A stretch of DNA of 64,000 nt from Balanoglossus misakiensis (GCA_040954595.2 CM082598.2:8137097-8201096), one strand, 5' to 3'; counted from the first letter of the stretch, positions 1 through 13,604 are shown. Program-made: numbers and translations. Notes: generated by a model from the letters alone, not told the origin.

Positions 1-394
1 AAAATAATTTATAAATACAAATGCCGCACACAAACTTACAATTACTACCATATTACTGTACATGTTAAAAGGACATTGTACCAGCAGAGACATTGCGATC
101 GAGCAATCCCAAAGATATACATGACATGGTCTAATTACAAATATTGAACATGTAAAATAAGTACACATAACTTCCAGTCTTTCAGTACAGTCAGCTGCTT
201 GTGAACAATAGGCATATAGCTATTTCATCAAATTTATAGCCCAAGTCATGCCTATACAATTCTCCCCTGAAATACGTTTTAAGCTACCCTAAGTGAGTGA
301 TAAAAATCTCATATGGTCGACAATTTCAAGATGGCCGATTTTTGCCATGTTAAAGAAATGAGAGTTCATATTAATGCGTTTAATATGCTAACTA

Positions 395-2130
395 CAGAGA
401 CAGACATGTTTGACCAAAGCATGAAATACAAAAAATGTATCATTTCTTCTATCTCTTACTACAGTGGGTTGTGGACTTTTCGCCTAGAATGCAATGTGAT
501 TTGACCCCTAGCGCAAAGTAAAAACCTATTTAAGGCAGCCAGAATTTTCTGCACAGTATGACGGGAAACATTTGTAAAGTCATGGCTAGCGTGGGCTGGT
601 AAGTTTATGGGACTCTCCATGATAACCGATTGTGGCTTGTCACCACCATAATTTTGAAAGGGTGACTTCACTATTTGATGGGAAAAGGTAGCATTTACAA
701 ATAAGCTATGGAGCATGTTTACAGCAAGTTGTGCTTACCGGAAAGCGGTCTTAGATCAGGCCTAGGTATTCTCTTCCTCTTCCGGCATACGTTGAAATGC
801 TGTGTTTAAGACTGTGAATCAAATATATGCAAATATTAATTAGTAACCAATCAACTTTGCTTTAGAATTATGTGGGCCATACTAATTAGTGAAAATATGC
901 AAAACATGGTATAATGTAGGGTCAGACTGTGCTGCGATAATGTACAACAGTGGAATACGTATCAAAGAAATCTGTAACAGCGATCTTAAAACTCCATTTA
1001 CATCAGTACTGCAGTAAAGTGGTCCACATGGGTATACCCCAAACATTGCAATTAGGTGACAACTGAAACTGACATCATATCAGATTCTGTAAATGACAGA
1101 AGGTGTACACACACTTTGACATCTACGTAACACTGTACAATGATTTCTTAGTTTGTTGTGAAAATGAAACTTGCATTTGATCCATCTCACTTTTCATACA
1201 ACAGATTAGCATAAGAATGTACATTGTTGGCAATTATAAAACATTTATTTAAGTATAGAAAAGTGAGCCTTAAAATTTAAACTTTGAATATCAGTATACT
1301 AAATTGTTTCAAACGTAGCTGTCAGTATATCTCATGGCATGGTGGCGGAAGTAGATTTTGTTACCAGGGAAGACATATTGAACACAGACAAGCCCAATAG
1401 TCGCTTGGTGATTTTTTATCTTTATAAAGATTCTCAAAACTGTTTGTGCATTTGGTAGCTTTGAGCAAGTTTCTGGTACTGATCAGAGTTTTCGAATTCA
1501 GAACTGCGCTTCTCTGGCTTTGGTTACCATCAGCCAATGTGATCTTAAGCACACATTTAAAAAAAAAATCCAGCCTGTTTGTGTCATGATTTATATTTTT
1601 CTTTGTGGCCTAAGGTATTGTTTTATTTCACTCTAAAGAACATTACTTTCCTTCATGTGTCTAATATAATAACATTTCTCTTAGCCAGTTTGATTAAGCA
1701 TGGTGTTGGACTAGCACATTTTTAGCCAAAGTTACGGTATATCCCTGTGTATTGGTATGGGAGTAATTTCTAGCTATATGGTTAAGGAAATGCATCCAAA
1801 TTTAATTTATGCTTCACATGAAGATTTGAACTTGACCATTTAATTCATGTCATCACGATCATATAACAGGCAATCGAGGCCAGAATTCGAAGGGAAAATA
1901 AGTATTGATAACTGGAATGTGTAAATTAGTTCGTAGACATACATTGCTTTCTATTGCTTTGGTTGCAACGCCCGATAAAGGCAAATTTATAGCAAGTCAT
2001 GCTTACCATTGAGCGGTCTCAAACTCGCCCCAGACGAGGAAGAGAATCCTGAGTTGAAATGCAGACAATCTCAGGCAGCATCTGAGAATCAAATAGACAT
2101 AGAAGTTAGTAACCAGTCATAGTAGCTCTA
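395..2130. repeat. Copy 1 of a local segmental duplication (matches 3925-5262)
   Basis: 395-612 matches ~3925-4148, 612-926 matches ~4373-4688, and 1567-2130 matches ~4693-5262. Copy 1 lacks ~4149-4372 and has extra sequence at ~927-1566. Confidence 0.9.
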
Positions 2131-2269
2131 AGTTGAATGTAAAAGTCTAAGTTGGGTGTACCAACTCTCCTTGTTAACAGTAACTTTCAAAGAAACTGAA
2201 CAATTGGTTTAAAAGATTCGCAATCCAAAAACAAAGAAATTTACAACAAAATACCTAAATATTGACAAC

Positions 2270-3705
2270 CAGAATTCAATCAAAGTAGCACATACATGTA
2301 AGTGTGTTATGAAATTGTTAACCAACTTCTAAAGCAACCAGAAAAAAATTTGGGTTACCCCTAGGAATTTTCCTACCATATTTCAAAGCCAACAAAAAAG
2401 CAGTTTCACAGAAAAACACATTTGTTCAAAAGTGGCAAAAACACAAATATGCAAAAATCACTATAATTTTACACCATCTTACTTCAATCACTACAAGGAA
2501 CATTCCTGCCAAAGTTCAAAGCAATCAGACAACAGTTTGAACGTTTTCAGAGAAAACAGTTTTTGACAAAGATTGCAAAAAATATCCCCAAATAAGACAA
2601 GCACGAAGTTTTAACCATGTTTACGACATCTTACTTGGGTTACCCCTGGGAATATGCCTACCAAATTGCAAAGCATTCTGACCAAAATTGGCAAAATTGC
2701 TCAAAATTATAAATATGCCTATTTAACAACAATCTGAACAAAACTATGGAAACTTGGACCACCTTTAGGAAGCTTCATACTTAAAATTAATAAACATTAG
2801 AAAATTCATAATATTAGCTCAAAGCATACAGGACTGTATGGGGTTCATTGACATACCAGTTTTCAGATCAATCTGACCAGTGGTTGTTGAGTTTCTGACT
2901 TTTGACCAATTTCACATTTTCACAGGTAATACTTTTGGCAATGGCAACCTCGTTTGAACAAAATCCCATCTACAGCCCCGCCTTCATCTACACACTAAAT
3001 ATGGAAGTGATACGCGCAGCAGTTTTCATCCGTTCATCCATACACACAGATGCAAGTCATTCAATAAGGTCCCAATCGTATATATGTATACACAAACCAA
3101 ATGCCATGGGACCTAAAAATTGCTACAAAATTAAAATACACAAATTTTGCAACACTTTAATCAAAACTATGGTAACTCAGATCACCTGCGAAGCTTCATA
3201 CTAAATTTCAAACAAGTCAGCCGATCAATTCCAGAAAAGTAGATTTTTTACCGATAATGTGGAGACAAAAAATGCATAAACATTGGAAATTCGCATAAGC
3301 TGACAACATAAAGGGCTGTGTGAGGTTACCATAAGGTACATGCATATCAATTTTCAATTTTGAAAGCAATTTACCCAGTAGTACTATAAGGTACGTGCAT
3401 ATCAATTTTCAATTTTGAAAGCAATTTACCCAGTAGTTTTTGAGTTCCTGAGTTTTGACAAATTTGACACTTTCCCAGCTCATTTGCATATTTTGGCAAT
3501 GACAACTTCATTTAGACAAACTCCCACCTACTGCCCTGCCTGCATCTCCACACTAAATATCAAGGTCACACGCCAGTAGTTTCCAAATGTTTGATGTTGA
3601 TGGACATACAGACAAACATCCATACAGACATCCATACATACAGATGCAACTGATCCTGTAAGGTCCCATCGTATAAATACATATACCAAACAGGACCTAA
3701 TAATT
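2270..3705 (+). repeat. Helentron-associated (HINE/DINE-1-like) non-autonomous repeat(s)
   Basis: Degenerate internal tandem subunits, an (ACAT/ACAG)n-like tract at 3603-3643, and 3' short hairpins AGGTCC..GGACCT followed by A-rich sequence (3067-3120, 3662-3703). Similar subunits recur at ~63700-64000. Confidence 0.45.
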
Positions 3706-5559
3706 TTAGTAAAATGCCTTCATAGCTAGTGTAAAAACCACTTGTGCCTTCAACGTGCTTGGACAACACATTTTTGTAACTTTCCCAGATCAATGGCTAA
3801 TATTACATGCCAAGGGTGATTAGAATTTTTTTTTCGGGGGGGGGGGGGAGATGCAATTCTGATACATGTACTTCATGATTTAGAGATAGGATTTAAAATA
3901 CTGTCAACCGAATTAAAGGGAAATCAGAGACAGACATGTTTGACCAAAGGAAGTCATGAAATACAGTAAACATATCATTTCTTCTATCTCTTACTACAGT
4001 TGGTTGTGGACTTTCCGCCCAGAATGCAATGAGATTTGACCCCCTAGCGCAAAGTAAAAACCTATTTAAGGCAGCCAGAATTTTCTGCATAGTATGACGG
4101 AAACATTTGTAAAGTCATGGCTAGCATGGGTTGGCAGGTTTATGGGACCCGCTCAGGTTCCCTCGAATAACACATAATGCATGATTGGTGACTGATTATT
4201 CTGTATTTGTTGATTTTGTCACATTTTCAGATAAATCCCTATCAATCAGTCATATTTGTTCGGCCTTGCTATACAGCGAAATATAAATCTTGTTGACTGA
4301 ACTTGTTGAAGATAGTGGTACATAAAGGTTACCATGAAGTGGAGAATATTCAAATGATTATTAGTGGTGTCCAACTCTCCATGATAAACAGTTGTGGCTT
4401 GCCACCACCATAATTTTGAAAGGGCGACTTCACTGTTTGATAGGAAAAGGTAGCCTTTACAAACAAGCTATGGAGCATGTATACAGCAAGGTGTGCTTAC
4501 CGGAAAGCGGTCTTGGATCAGGCCTAGGTATTCTCTTCCTCCTCCGGCATACGTTGAAATGCTGTGTTTAAGACTGTGAATCAAATATATGCAAATATTA
4601 ATTAGTAACCAATCAACTTTGCTTTAGAATTATGTGGGCCATACTAATTAGTGAAAATATGCAAAACATGGTATAATATAGGGTCAGAAAAAATATCCAG
4701 CCTGTTTGTGTCATGAGTTACATTTTTCTTTCTGGCCTAAAGTATTGTTTTATGTCACTTTAAACAACATCACTTTCCTTCATGCGTATAATATGATAAT
4801 AGATCTCTTAGCCAGTTTGATTAAGCATGGACTAGCGTATGTTCTGCCACAGCTACAGTATCTCCCTGTGTATTGGTATGGGAGTAATTTTAGCTATATG
4901 GTTAAGGAAATGCATCCAAATTTATTTTTTGCTCCACGTGAAGATTTGAACTTGTGAGTTGTCCATTTATTAAATTCATGTCATCACGACCATATCACAG
5001 GCAATCAAGCCCAGAATTCGAAGGGGAAAAACAAGTATTGAAAGCTGGAATGTGTAAATTAGTTCGTAGACATTCACTGCTTCCTATTGTTTCGTTTGCA
5101 ACGCGTGATAAAAGCAAATATATAGCAAGTCATGCTTACCATTGAGCGGTCTTAAACTCGCCTCGGACGAGGAAGAGAATCCCGAGTTGAAATGCAGACA
5201 ATTTCAGGCAGCATCTGTGAATCAAATAGACATAGAAGTTAGTAACCAGTCATAGTAGCTCTGCGTGGCAGGGCTGCGTGTTAACAGCTATGCCATAGCT
5301 GACACTGGTAGCTTATAACAGTCTCAATGGTGCCAAAAATCCCCCCAACAACAAAACTACTTCTGTTCAGTTTATTCGCTCTTGATTTGCCTTAAAAGTT
5401 ATACTCTAGTGTGTTACCACAGGGGGCTCTCCCTCCGCGATTTTATTGTTTGTTTGTTGTCGTTGTTGATGATTGGCATTATAAACAAATACATATTTCT
5501 TTATCAATAAATATGGTTTGTTGACATGCAAGTGTTAGGGTATAATCAACGGTTAGGGT

Positions 5560-5780
5560 TAGTGTTGGCACTTTTTTCGATCCACGGCCCCGGGCATCAC
5601 TAAGCCACAAAGAGAGGGTGATGCTGACAAAGCTGACTCGAGGCCACGAACGACGTACAATTTACTCGCACGGTGTAAAACAACGAATAAATTCCATGCG
5701 ACTGTGAGTTTACTGTTCGGCGCTGTAACGCTTCCCAAAGTCAGAATTTCGATGTTGGGAGAGAACTCTCGCCCTACCAC
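5560..5780 (-). ncRNA. Candidate box H/ACA snoRNA (U19/SNORA74/snR191-like layout)
   Basis: Minus strand: 5' hairpin GGCG..CTCCCAA..TTGGGAAG..CGCC, H box ACAGTA (5716-5711), middle hairpin TCGCATGG/CCGTGCGA, 3' hairpin GCATCAC/GTGATGC, and ACA at 5565-5563. It lies within a predicted intron. Confidence 0.35.
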
Positions 5781-6371
5781 TACCAGTTTTTGCTAGAAGG
5801 AGTGTACATGTACTTGTAAAATTACAGTAAATGCCATGCTTACCAGAGAAACGACATCATCAAGCATGGAGGCGACCGGTACCTCCATGCTTGATGAACG
5901 TCGAAGCTGCAATGATTTTTCAAATGCAAAGGTCAGCGGTACGAGAACGAGGCAGCACCTGCTCGTCAATTATGCAAATTAGTTACTACTCAATCAGAAT
6001 CTTGCTTTCGCATACTAATTAGTCAAAATATGCAGTGCAACGTTTATGTGCGGGTGGAGAATGCGCCTCGCCAACTGATGAATTCTGTCACGGCGTTCTT
6101 TGGAAGTGCGATTATGTAACCCCGATTATCTCATTAGGGACATAAATAATATATTTCGTCTTCATCAATTTGTTTGTACTACGAAAACAATTGCGAAACC
6201 AATAGAAAGCGCTTACGCTATGAAACGTAAATAAATATCAGTTATGGCCATGTAGAAACGGAACGTCAATCCGCATTTGACAAAAATAATAGAAAAGACA
6301 AAGAAGCTGAGGGGAATGACCTCTCCGTTCTGACCTATCTGGGGAAGGCCTATTGCAATACGCAATATGTC

Positions 6372-7538
6372 AGATCATGGTACCATCCGCCATTCTGATT
6401 GGACGAGAGCTCAATCCATCGATACGAAAGTACTCAATAGAGCACTGCTGAAACTGGCCCTGAACTAATAGCATGCAACAGGGAAAACGCGACCTTTCAA
6501 ATCAAATAAATACAAAAAATACAGCCAATGAATTTACGCCCGGCCGGTTTATTTTTTAACTGCTCTATAGGAATTGTTGTCACTGCCATGGACCACTTCG
6601 CGGATAGCATAACGCAGGGTGTTGTGGGACAGTTTGCGTTCTGAGCGCGTGCGTTAGTCATGCACTGTTGAACGCTAATTATACCATCATGCATTGCAGA
6701 TACCCTATCCGCGTAGTGGTCTATGCACGATGCATGTCTTGCCACTGCGTACTCGACAAATTGGACCGTTTCTATAAAAATATGAACTGTGACTTTTGAT
6801 TTTATTGAGAAATGTCTCCCGAATTACGACCATGTAACGTAAATCATGGAAATGTATTCTGCTAAAGTTGCTCCTGACGGGTTCGCTGAAACATTGTGTT
6901 ATTGGTAAAATACGTCAAGTATAAAATATTGAGTTACCTAATATGATAAATTATCATACATGCAACGCCTGTATTTAACACTTTCTATTGTTCTCGCCCC
7001 GAAGATATTTTACGGTATTTCACAATGTGAAAATATCGCGTCCGCGTCTCGGCGCGACAGTTCCCTGCGCGCGCGAGCGACGCACAGGGCATAGGACTCT
7101 AGTGGAGAGGGGTGTTGTAAAATTCGGTTATTAGAAGCTGTAATAAAGTTTTCAAAGCTGGCGGTTTTGTCATGTTGAATGCATCATTTTTAGTTCTTCG
7201 AAATTCTCAATGCAAAATAATTGTTAACACGATATTTTGAAAGAGAACGTAGACAATTTTATTTAGAATGCGGATGTGCCCATCGTAATGAAAGCTGCCA
7301 ACCCCCTTAAAATGATACTACGGCCCACACGTCATACGTCACAACATGTCTACTGCCGTGATCCCAGCGCCCGGTTCAAATTTGAAATTGTTTTTCTTGG
7401 CGCATTTTCGCAAATCGTACTGTTTTATAGGTAGGCATGTTCGTGATGTCCGTATTTTGACTCGTTGCGAAGCGCAACTCGTCAAAATACGGACACACTC
7501 GAATACGACGCGTTATCGACCAAAATAAGTGTAATAAC
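6372..7538 (-). mobile_element. Non-autonomous Crypton-like element
   Basis: 6375-6480 is an inverted homolog of 30635-30747 and resembles 54108-54200. The other end has a long hairpin GTCCGTATTTTGAC..GTCAAAATACGGAC (7448-7494). Confidence 0.5.
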
Positions 7539-9309
7539 CCCTAAATATCAGATTTATGTGTTTAATCAAGATAGGCCTCTCTTCATATGTTTCATTTATT
7601 TGTATTGAATAACAGTTATCTGATTCAGTTTCATGAAGTATACACGGATTAAATGTTTATCCACTGTAGTGCCACTGAAATGGCTTTCACGTTTGAGACT
7701 TCGGGCGGTAATCTTATATTTACTTTCTTCATTTCTAGTGGAGTAGACTACACCGGGGTCGAGCTAAAATATCTATAAGCAATGCGCAAAGGGAGTATTT
7801 CAGCCGTGATGACCGGACGATGTCGGACAAAGTCTACAACTTAATACACGATCACCTCCAATTTGCATATGTCCATAAATGGCTAAACTTGCGTATCCTA
7901 GTGTTCTAAAGAACAAATGGTGGCGCTCTTATTGTCGCGTGTGCCACCTCCTGAATATCTGTGATTGGCTGTATCTCAATTTGCCATGGTAACTGTAGCT
8001 AAATTTGCATAGGTTACCGTATACCTTTAAGGCACGTCAAGCGTATGTCCTTGTTGGGCTGTCTGACAGGAACGAATCGAGACCCACCGCACAGTCACGC
8101 AATAATGAAATCCACATCGCCAAAAACGGTGTTTCACTAGACTCGGGTACATGCAACAATCTCATGCCATTTACAGAATTGAACACCCCAGGCAATGTTA
8201 CGTGTTGCTCTATGACTGTTGCTCCATGACCAACCGTACAGCAAACAACAAACTCATGTCCAATGAGTTGCGACCAATGACGGTCGCAACTCATTGCATT
8301 AAACAATATAGATGGGGATCCCAAAGAATAATTCAAATATATATGCAGAATTGCCACGCAAGTCGAGCATATTGTCCACATTTAAGCACTCTGCAACTGA
8401 AACATACAACCCAAGCTTTTTACAATACAGGAATTAAAAATTCTGATTGAATTAATGCCAAAATAAAACGAAAAAGACAACTCACAAAATGTATATGTAG
8501 TGTTTCATGTAGTGTTTTGATCTCAAGAAGACACGAAAAAAATCGTCGGGGGGAAAGCAGGTGAGAACATCACCTCATTTTTGGGATATGAAATAAATAT
8601 CTATTTTACGGAGACACCTGGTAAAAAGTCCACCCTAGTCTCAATTTTCCAGACCCCTCTGGGATAGTCGAGTAGTCCATCCCCATGAAACTGCATATTT
8701 TAAAATAGCCAAAATGAGTCAATGGGGCATTTTTCCATCCTACCTCAACCTTGCTAAGAGTTTCCGTGCCAGTCACCTGCAAAAATTAAATTTACCACGG
8801 ACAAATTGAAATACAGCCAATCGAAAAAAGTGCGCCACCACATGGTAATTTGAAGACTTTGACGCTCTCTTCTGGCCGTAACCGCATGTGATCCGGAATA
8901 AAATTGAGCCTTGATCGCGTTTTTTTTTCACCACCAGCGAAAATCTACGACGGCCCAACCGCAGATTATTGCTGCTCCATACAACAACCGGCTGTTCTGT
9001 GCATGTGTTTTGTGTTCTGGTGGCGTTTGCGGGTCTGAGACGTCATTTCTAGAAGGCCCTATTCGTTTTATACCAATAAATTTTACCACCCATGCTGGAT
9101 TTTTTACGTTTTCTTTGACGACGCTTGACCCTTTTCTTGCTTTGTTGTAGTCTTGGTTACCCAGATGCCTTTGCAAAGGCGACTGGGTAACAGAGACCAG
9201 TTTTGTTGTTGGTAGGTTGTTTGTTCGTAACGTCTGTAACTGGGATTCTTCACTTGTGGAATATACTGCTTATTTCTTGTGTATCTGCATTTTGTTGATG
9301 TTGTCGCTC

Positions 9310-12300
9310 TACGGCGCGCCAAGTGTTTCAAAATTATTTATCATTATTTTATAGAAAATTGATGTCTTTTAACAAAACAATACGTAAAAAAACACAAAAA
9401 ACTGATTGGTGGTTCAAAAACAACGAGTGTAAAAAGTAATCCATCGTGGAGTCAAAAAAAAAAAAACAAACAAACAAACAAAAAAACTAACACACACAGA
9501 AGAAAATCACACCTGTTGTCAAAAAAAACCCCACCAAGCTTACCAAAAAAAAAAAACGTCCACAAGGCAGTTGCAAAAAAAACCCACTAATTTGTCACAA
9601 AAAAACCACGCGCACATTTTTTCACGAAAAACGCACACTTCACCCGCACAAAAAATACACGCAAAGTATTAAAAAGAACACTCTTTGAAAAAAAGGACTA
9701 CAACTTGAAAAAAATGCACACCCCCAGAACAAACAACACAGGCAAACATAGAAAAAACACGAACATGTTAGCCATAAAAAACGGAGATATTTGTCACCGA
9801 AAAAACTCATGTCACCCCAAAACTAACGGGCCACTTAAAAAAACGCAGATGCACTGAGGTTGCAAAAATTAGCACATTTTTAATCCCCCGAAAAAAACCC
9901 AGGCAATTTGCAAAAAACCCACAGCAATTTGCAAAAAAAAATATATATAGGAACATTTGTCACCCAAAAAAACAGGCAATTTGAAAAAAAAACGCAGAGC
10001 AATTTGCACAAAAAAAAATAATAGGAACATTTGTCACCCCCCAAAAAAACAGGCAATTTGGAAAAAAAAACGCAGAGCAATTTGCACAAAAAAAAACTTA
10101 TAGGAACATTTGTCACCCAAAAAAAAAACAGGCAATTTGGAAAAAAAAACGCAGAGCAATTTGCACAAAAAAAATAATAGGAACATTTGTCACCCAAAAA
10201 AACCAGGCAATTTGAAAAAAAAAAAAACAGCAATTTGCAAAAAAAAAATATATATAGGAACATTTGTCACCCAAAAAAACAGTCAATTTGAAAAAAAAAA
10301 CGCAGAGCAATTTGCACAAAAAAAAATAATAGGAACATTTGTCACCCAAAAAAAAACAGGCAATTTGAAAAAAAAACACGATATAAAATTTGAAAAAAAA
10401 ATATATAGGCACATTTGTCACCCAAAATATTCAGGCAGATCCAAGTTGTAAAAAATGGTATATTTGTCATCCAAAAAATAAAACAATCGTGTTTAAAAAA
10501 ACGAGCATTCAGTTGTAAAAATAAATAATAGTCTTTAACAACTTGAAAAAAAACCGGACGCATTTGAAAGAATAGCGTATGCGCATGCGCCGAAAAAAAA
10601 AATGAGTGAGAAATGCGCTCCAAAAAAAAAGTGAGAGATTTTGCTAGAGGAGTCTGGGTAATCTTAAAAAAAAAACAGTGTGTGAAAATAAGTTGACTCG
10701 AAGAAGAGAAAAGAAAGGGGAAACACACAAACCGTCACACAGGACAAACAACAGTCTCCTCATCGCCGAGGCGTACCCGTGATGATATGACAAGTGTTTA
10801 CGTCTGTGAGGTGGTGTGTATCACTGTATGTGTCGGATAGAACGCGAGTCGACTAGAATCCGAGTCGACTGAAGGTTACTGTGGTGGACGCGAATATATG
10901 GTCGCCATTGTGGGATTCCTTCGTGAAGGAAGTGAAGCCACTTGTTCGGGACCACATAAACATGATACCGTCTAGTCATGATACCACACAGTCAAACATG
11001 ACACCACTGGCACTACGTCCGCGGTTTGCTATTCTAGATTTGGTCTACAGAAATCGTGAAATTTAAGACAAATCTAAACCCCAAACGGCAGAACTGAACG
11101 TTGCCCATAACGTAAGAGTTGGCATGGTGCCCACAACTAATACTGTCTTCTGTGCAGTACTAGCGAACTATACAAAAAATCAGCTCAGTTTTGACAACTT
11201 AAAAATATGGGGAAAAAATATTTTATTTAGAAACTGTTTGTTATTTGTTGTATTTTTCAAAGTGAGGTATGAATGACCTTCGGGAAATCGTTGTCATGTG
11301 TATGAATTCACCGCAAATCGTTTGTTTACATTTGGCTGGTAAAAGGTCAAATACCCCAAAGGAGTCGCTCAGTCCATAATTAGTTGATCGTCTCCGCGTC
11401 ATCCGCGTTGAAACTCTGTGTATTGTACAAAAGAATATGGAAAGTTATTGTACGTTTCAGCATCACATGTTACAGCAGGAGTTGTCCATAATGACAGTTC
11501 GTTCGACCATGTTAAACGCAACGCTCCGGTCATATGTGGTCCCGAACAAGTGGCTTCACTTCCTTCACGAAGGAATCCCACAATGGCGACCATATATTCG
11601 CGTCCACCGCAGTAACCTTCAGTCGACTCGGATTCTAGTCGACTCGCGTTCTATCCGACACATACAGTGATACACACCACCTCACAGACGTAAACACTTG
11701 TCATATCATCACGCGTACGCCTCGGCGATGAGGAGACTGTTGTTTGTCCTGTGTGACGGTTTGTGTGTTTCCCCTTTCTTTTCTCTTCTTCGAGTCAACT
11801 TATTTTCACACACTGTTTTTTTTTAAGATTACCCAGACTCCTCTAGCAAAATCTCTCACTTTTTTTTTTTGGAGCGCATTTCTCACTCATTTTTTTTTCG
11901 GCGCATGCGCATACGCTATACTATTCTTTCAAATGCGTCCGTTTTTTTTTTCAAGTTGTTAAAGACTATTATTTATTTTTACAACTGAATGCTCGTTTTT
12001 TTTAAACACGCTTGTTTTATTTTTTGGATGACAAATATACCATTTTTTACAACTTGGATCTGCCTGAATATTTTGGGTGACAAATGTGCCTATATATTTT
12101 TTTTTCAAATTTTATATCGTGTTTTTTTTTTTTTCAAATTGCCTGTTTTTTGGGTGACAAATGTTCCTATTATTTTTTTTTTCAAATAGCTCTGCGTTTT
12201 TTTTTTTTTTTTTCAAATTGCCTGTTTTTTTGGGTGACAAATGTTCCTTTATATTTTTTTTTTTGCAAATTGCTCTGCGTTTTTTTTTCAAATTGCCTGT

Positions 12301-13183
12301 TTTTTTGGGTGACAAATGTTCCTATATATTTTTTTTTGCAAATTGCTCTGCGTTTTTTTTTTCAAATTGCCTGTTTTTTTGGGTGACAAATGTTCCTATA
12401 TATTTTTTTTTGCAAATTGCTCTGCGTTTTTTTTTTCAAATTGCCTGTTTTTTGGGGGTGACAAATGTTCCTATTTTTTTTTTTTTTTTTTTTTGCAAAT
12501 TGCTCTGCGTTTTTTTTTTCAAATTGCCTGTTTTTTTGGGTGACAAATGTTCCTATTTTTTTTTATTTTTTTTTTTGCAAATTGCTGTGGGTTTTTTTTC
12601 AAATTGCCTGTTTTTTTTTTCGGAGGATTAAAAATGTGCTTATTTTTGCAACCTCAGTGCATCTGCTTTTTTTTAAAGTGGCCCGTTAGTTTTGGGGTGA
12701 CATGAGTGCGGGGTTTTTTTTCGGTGACAAATATCTCCGTTTTTTATGGCTAACATGTTCGTGTTTTTTCTATGTTTGCCTGTGTTGTTTGTTCTGGGGG
12801 TATGCATTTTTTAAAGTTGTAGTCTCTCTTTTTTTCAAAGAGTGTTCTTTTTAATACTTTGTGTGTATTTTTTGTGGGGATGAAGTGTGCGTTTTTCGTG
12901 AAAAATGTGCGCGTGGTTTTTTTGTTACAAATTAGTGATTTTTTTTTGCAACTGCCTTGTGGACGTTTTTTTTGGTGAGCTTGGTGGGGGGTTTTTTGAC
13001 AACAGGTGAGATTTTCTTCTGTGTGTTTTTTATTTTTTGACTCCACGATGGATTACTTTTTACACTCGTTGTTTTTTAAACCACCAATCAGTTTTTTGTG
13101 TTTTTTACGTATTTTTTTTGTTAAAAGACATCAATTTTCTATAAAATAATGATAAATAATTTTGAAACACTTGGCGCGCCGTA
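9310..13183. mobile_element. Non-autonomous foldback DNA transposon with IS3EU-like TACGG..CCGTA ends
   Basis: Inverted arms 9310-10958 and 11533-13183 around a ~575-bp spacer. The arms contain a ~75-79-bp A-tract minisatellite. Flanked by the direct repeat GTCGCTC (9303-9309, 13184-13190). No real ORF. Confidence 0.9.
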
Positions 13184-13218
13184 GTCGCTCCTCTGGCAGA
13201 AAAGCCAGTGTGCTAGCT

Positions 13219-13468
13219 GCGACTGTTCAGGATTTACTTCCGGGGTCGGAGGATTTTCAGGAAGGACCGCCCATTTTCTCCAAGAACAATTAGGGAGGAA
13301 TAGACATAAACATCACAATCCTTTTGGGGGGGACCATGAAAAAACCCTAGGAAATTTAAGGGGTACCACTGATTTCCTCCACAATTTACTGGGGTCCATG
13401 GAAAAAAAATCACCAGGAAAATAAAAAATCCTCCGGCCCCACCCTGAAAGTAAAATCTGAACAGTCCC
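13219..13468. mobile_element. Degenerate PIF/Harbinger-like MITE
   Basis: GACTGTTCAG..CTGAACAGTCCC followed by TAA; same terminal style as 48391-49737. Left end is degenerate. Confidence 0.45.
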
Positions 13469-13604
13469 TAACTTTTGTTTGTTTGCTTCTTTATTCGTCT
13501 GTCTGTTTGTGTATTCTATATTATGTTATATGAAATATATAAAAAATGGAAGTTCAATTCAGTGAACATCATTGGCACTTACAGAGTTTTAAATCAAAAT
13601 AGTA

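Larger units (their letters stand above)
460..5906 (-). ncRNA. Candidate spliced non-coding transcript made of short hairpin exons
   Basis: Minus-strand segments bounded by yAG and GTAAG/GTAAC: 5906-5844, 5214-5140, 4573-4501, 4432-4333, 4061-3995, with duplicates 2081-2007, 811-739, 525-460. No continuous ORF through all exons. The exons are self- or mutually complementary. Confidence 0.5.

Noticed and set aside
5552-5562. CTAACCCTAAC on the minus strand, identical to the vertebrate telomerase RNA template
   Set aside because: No pseudoknot-like sequence downstream, and the H/ACA-like part lies 5' of it, the wrong order for telomerase RNA.
6076-6110. CTGATGA as a hammerhead core
   Set aside because: No stem II followed by GAAA.
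9880-12689. Phe/Lys-rich ORFs
   Set aside because: Translations of the A/T-tract minisatellite in the foldback arms.
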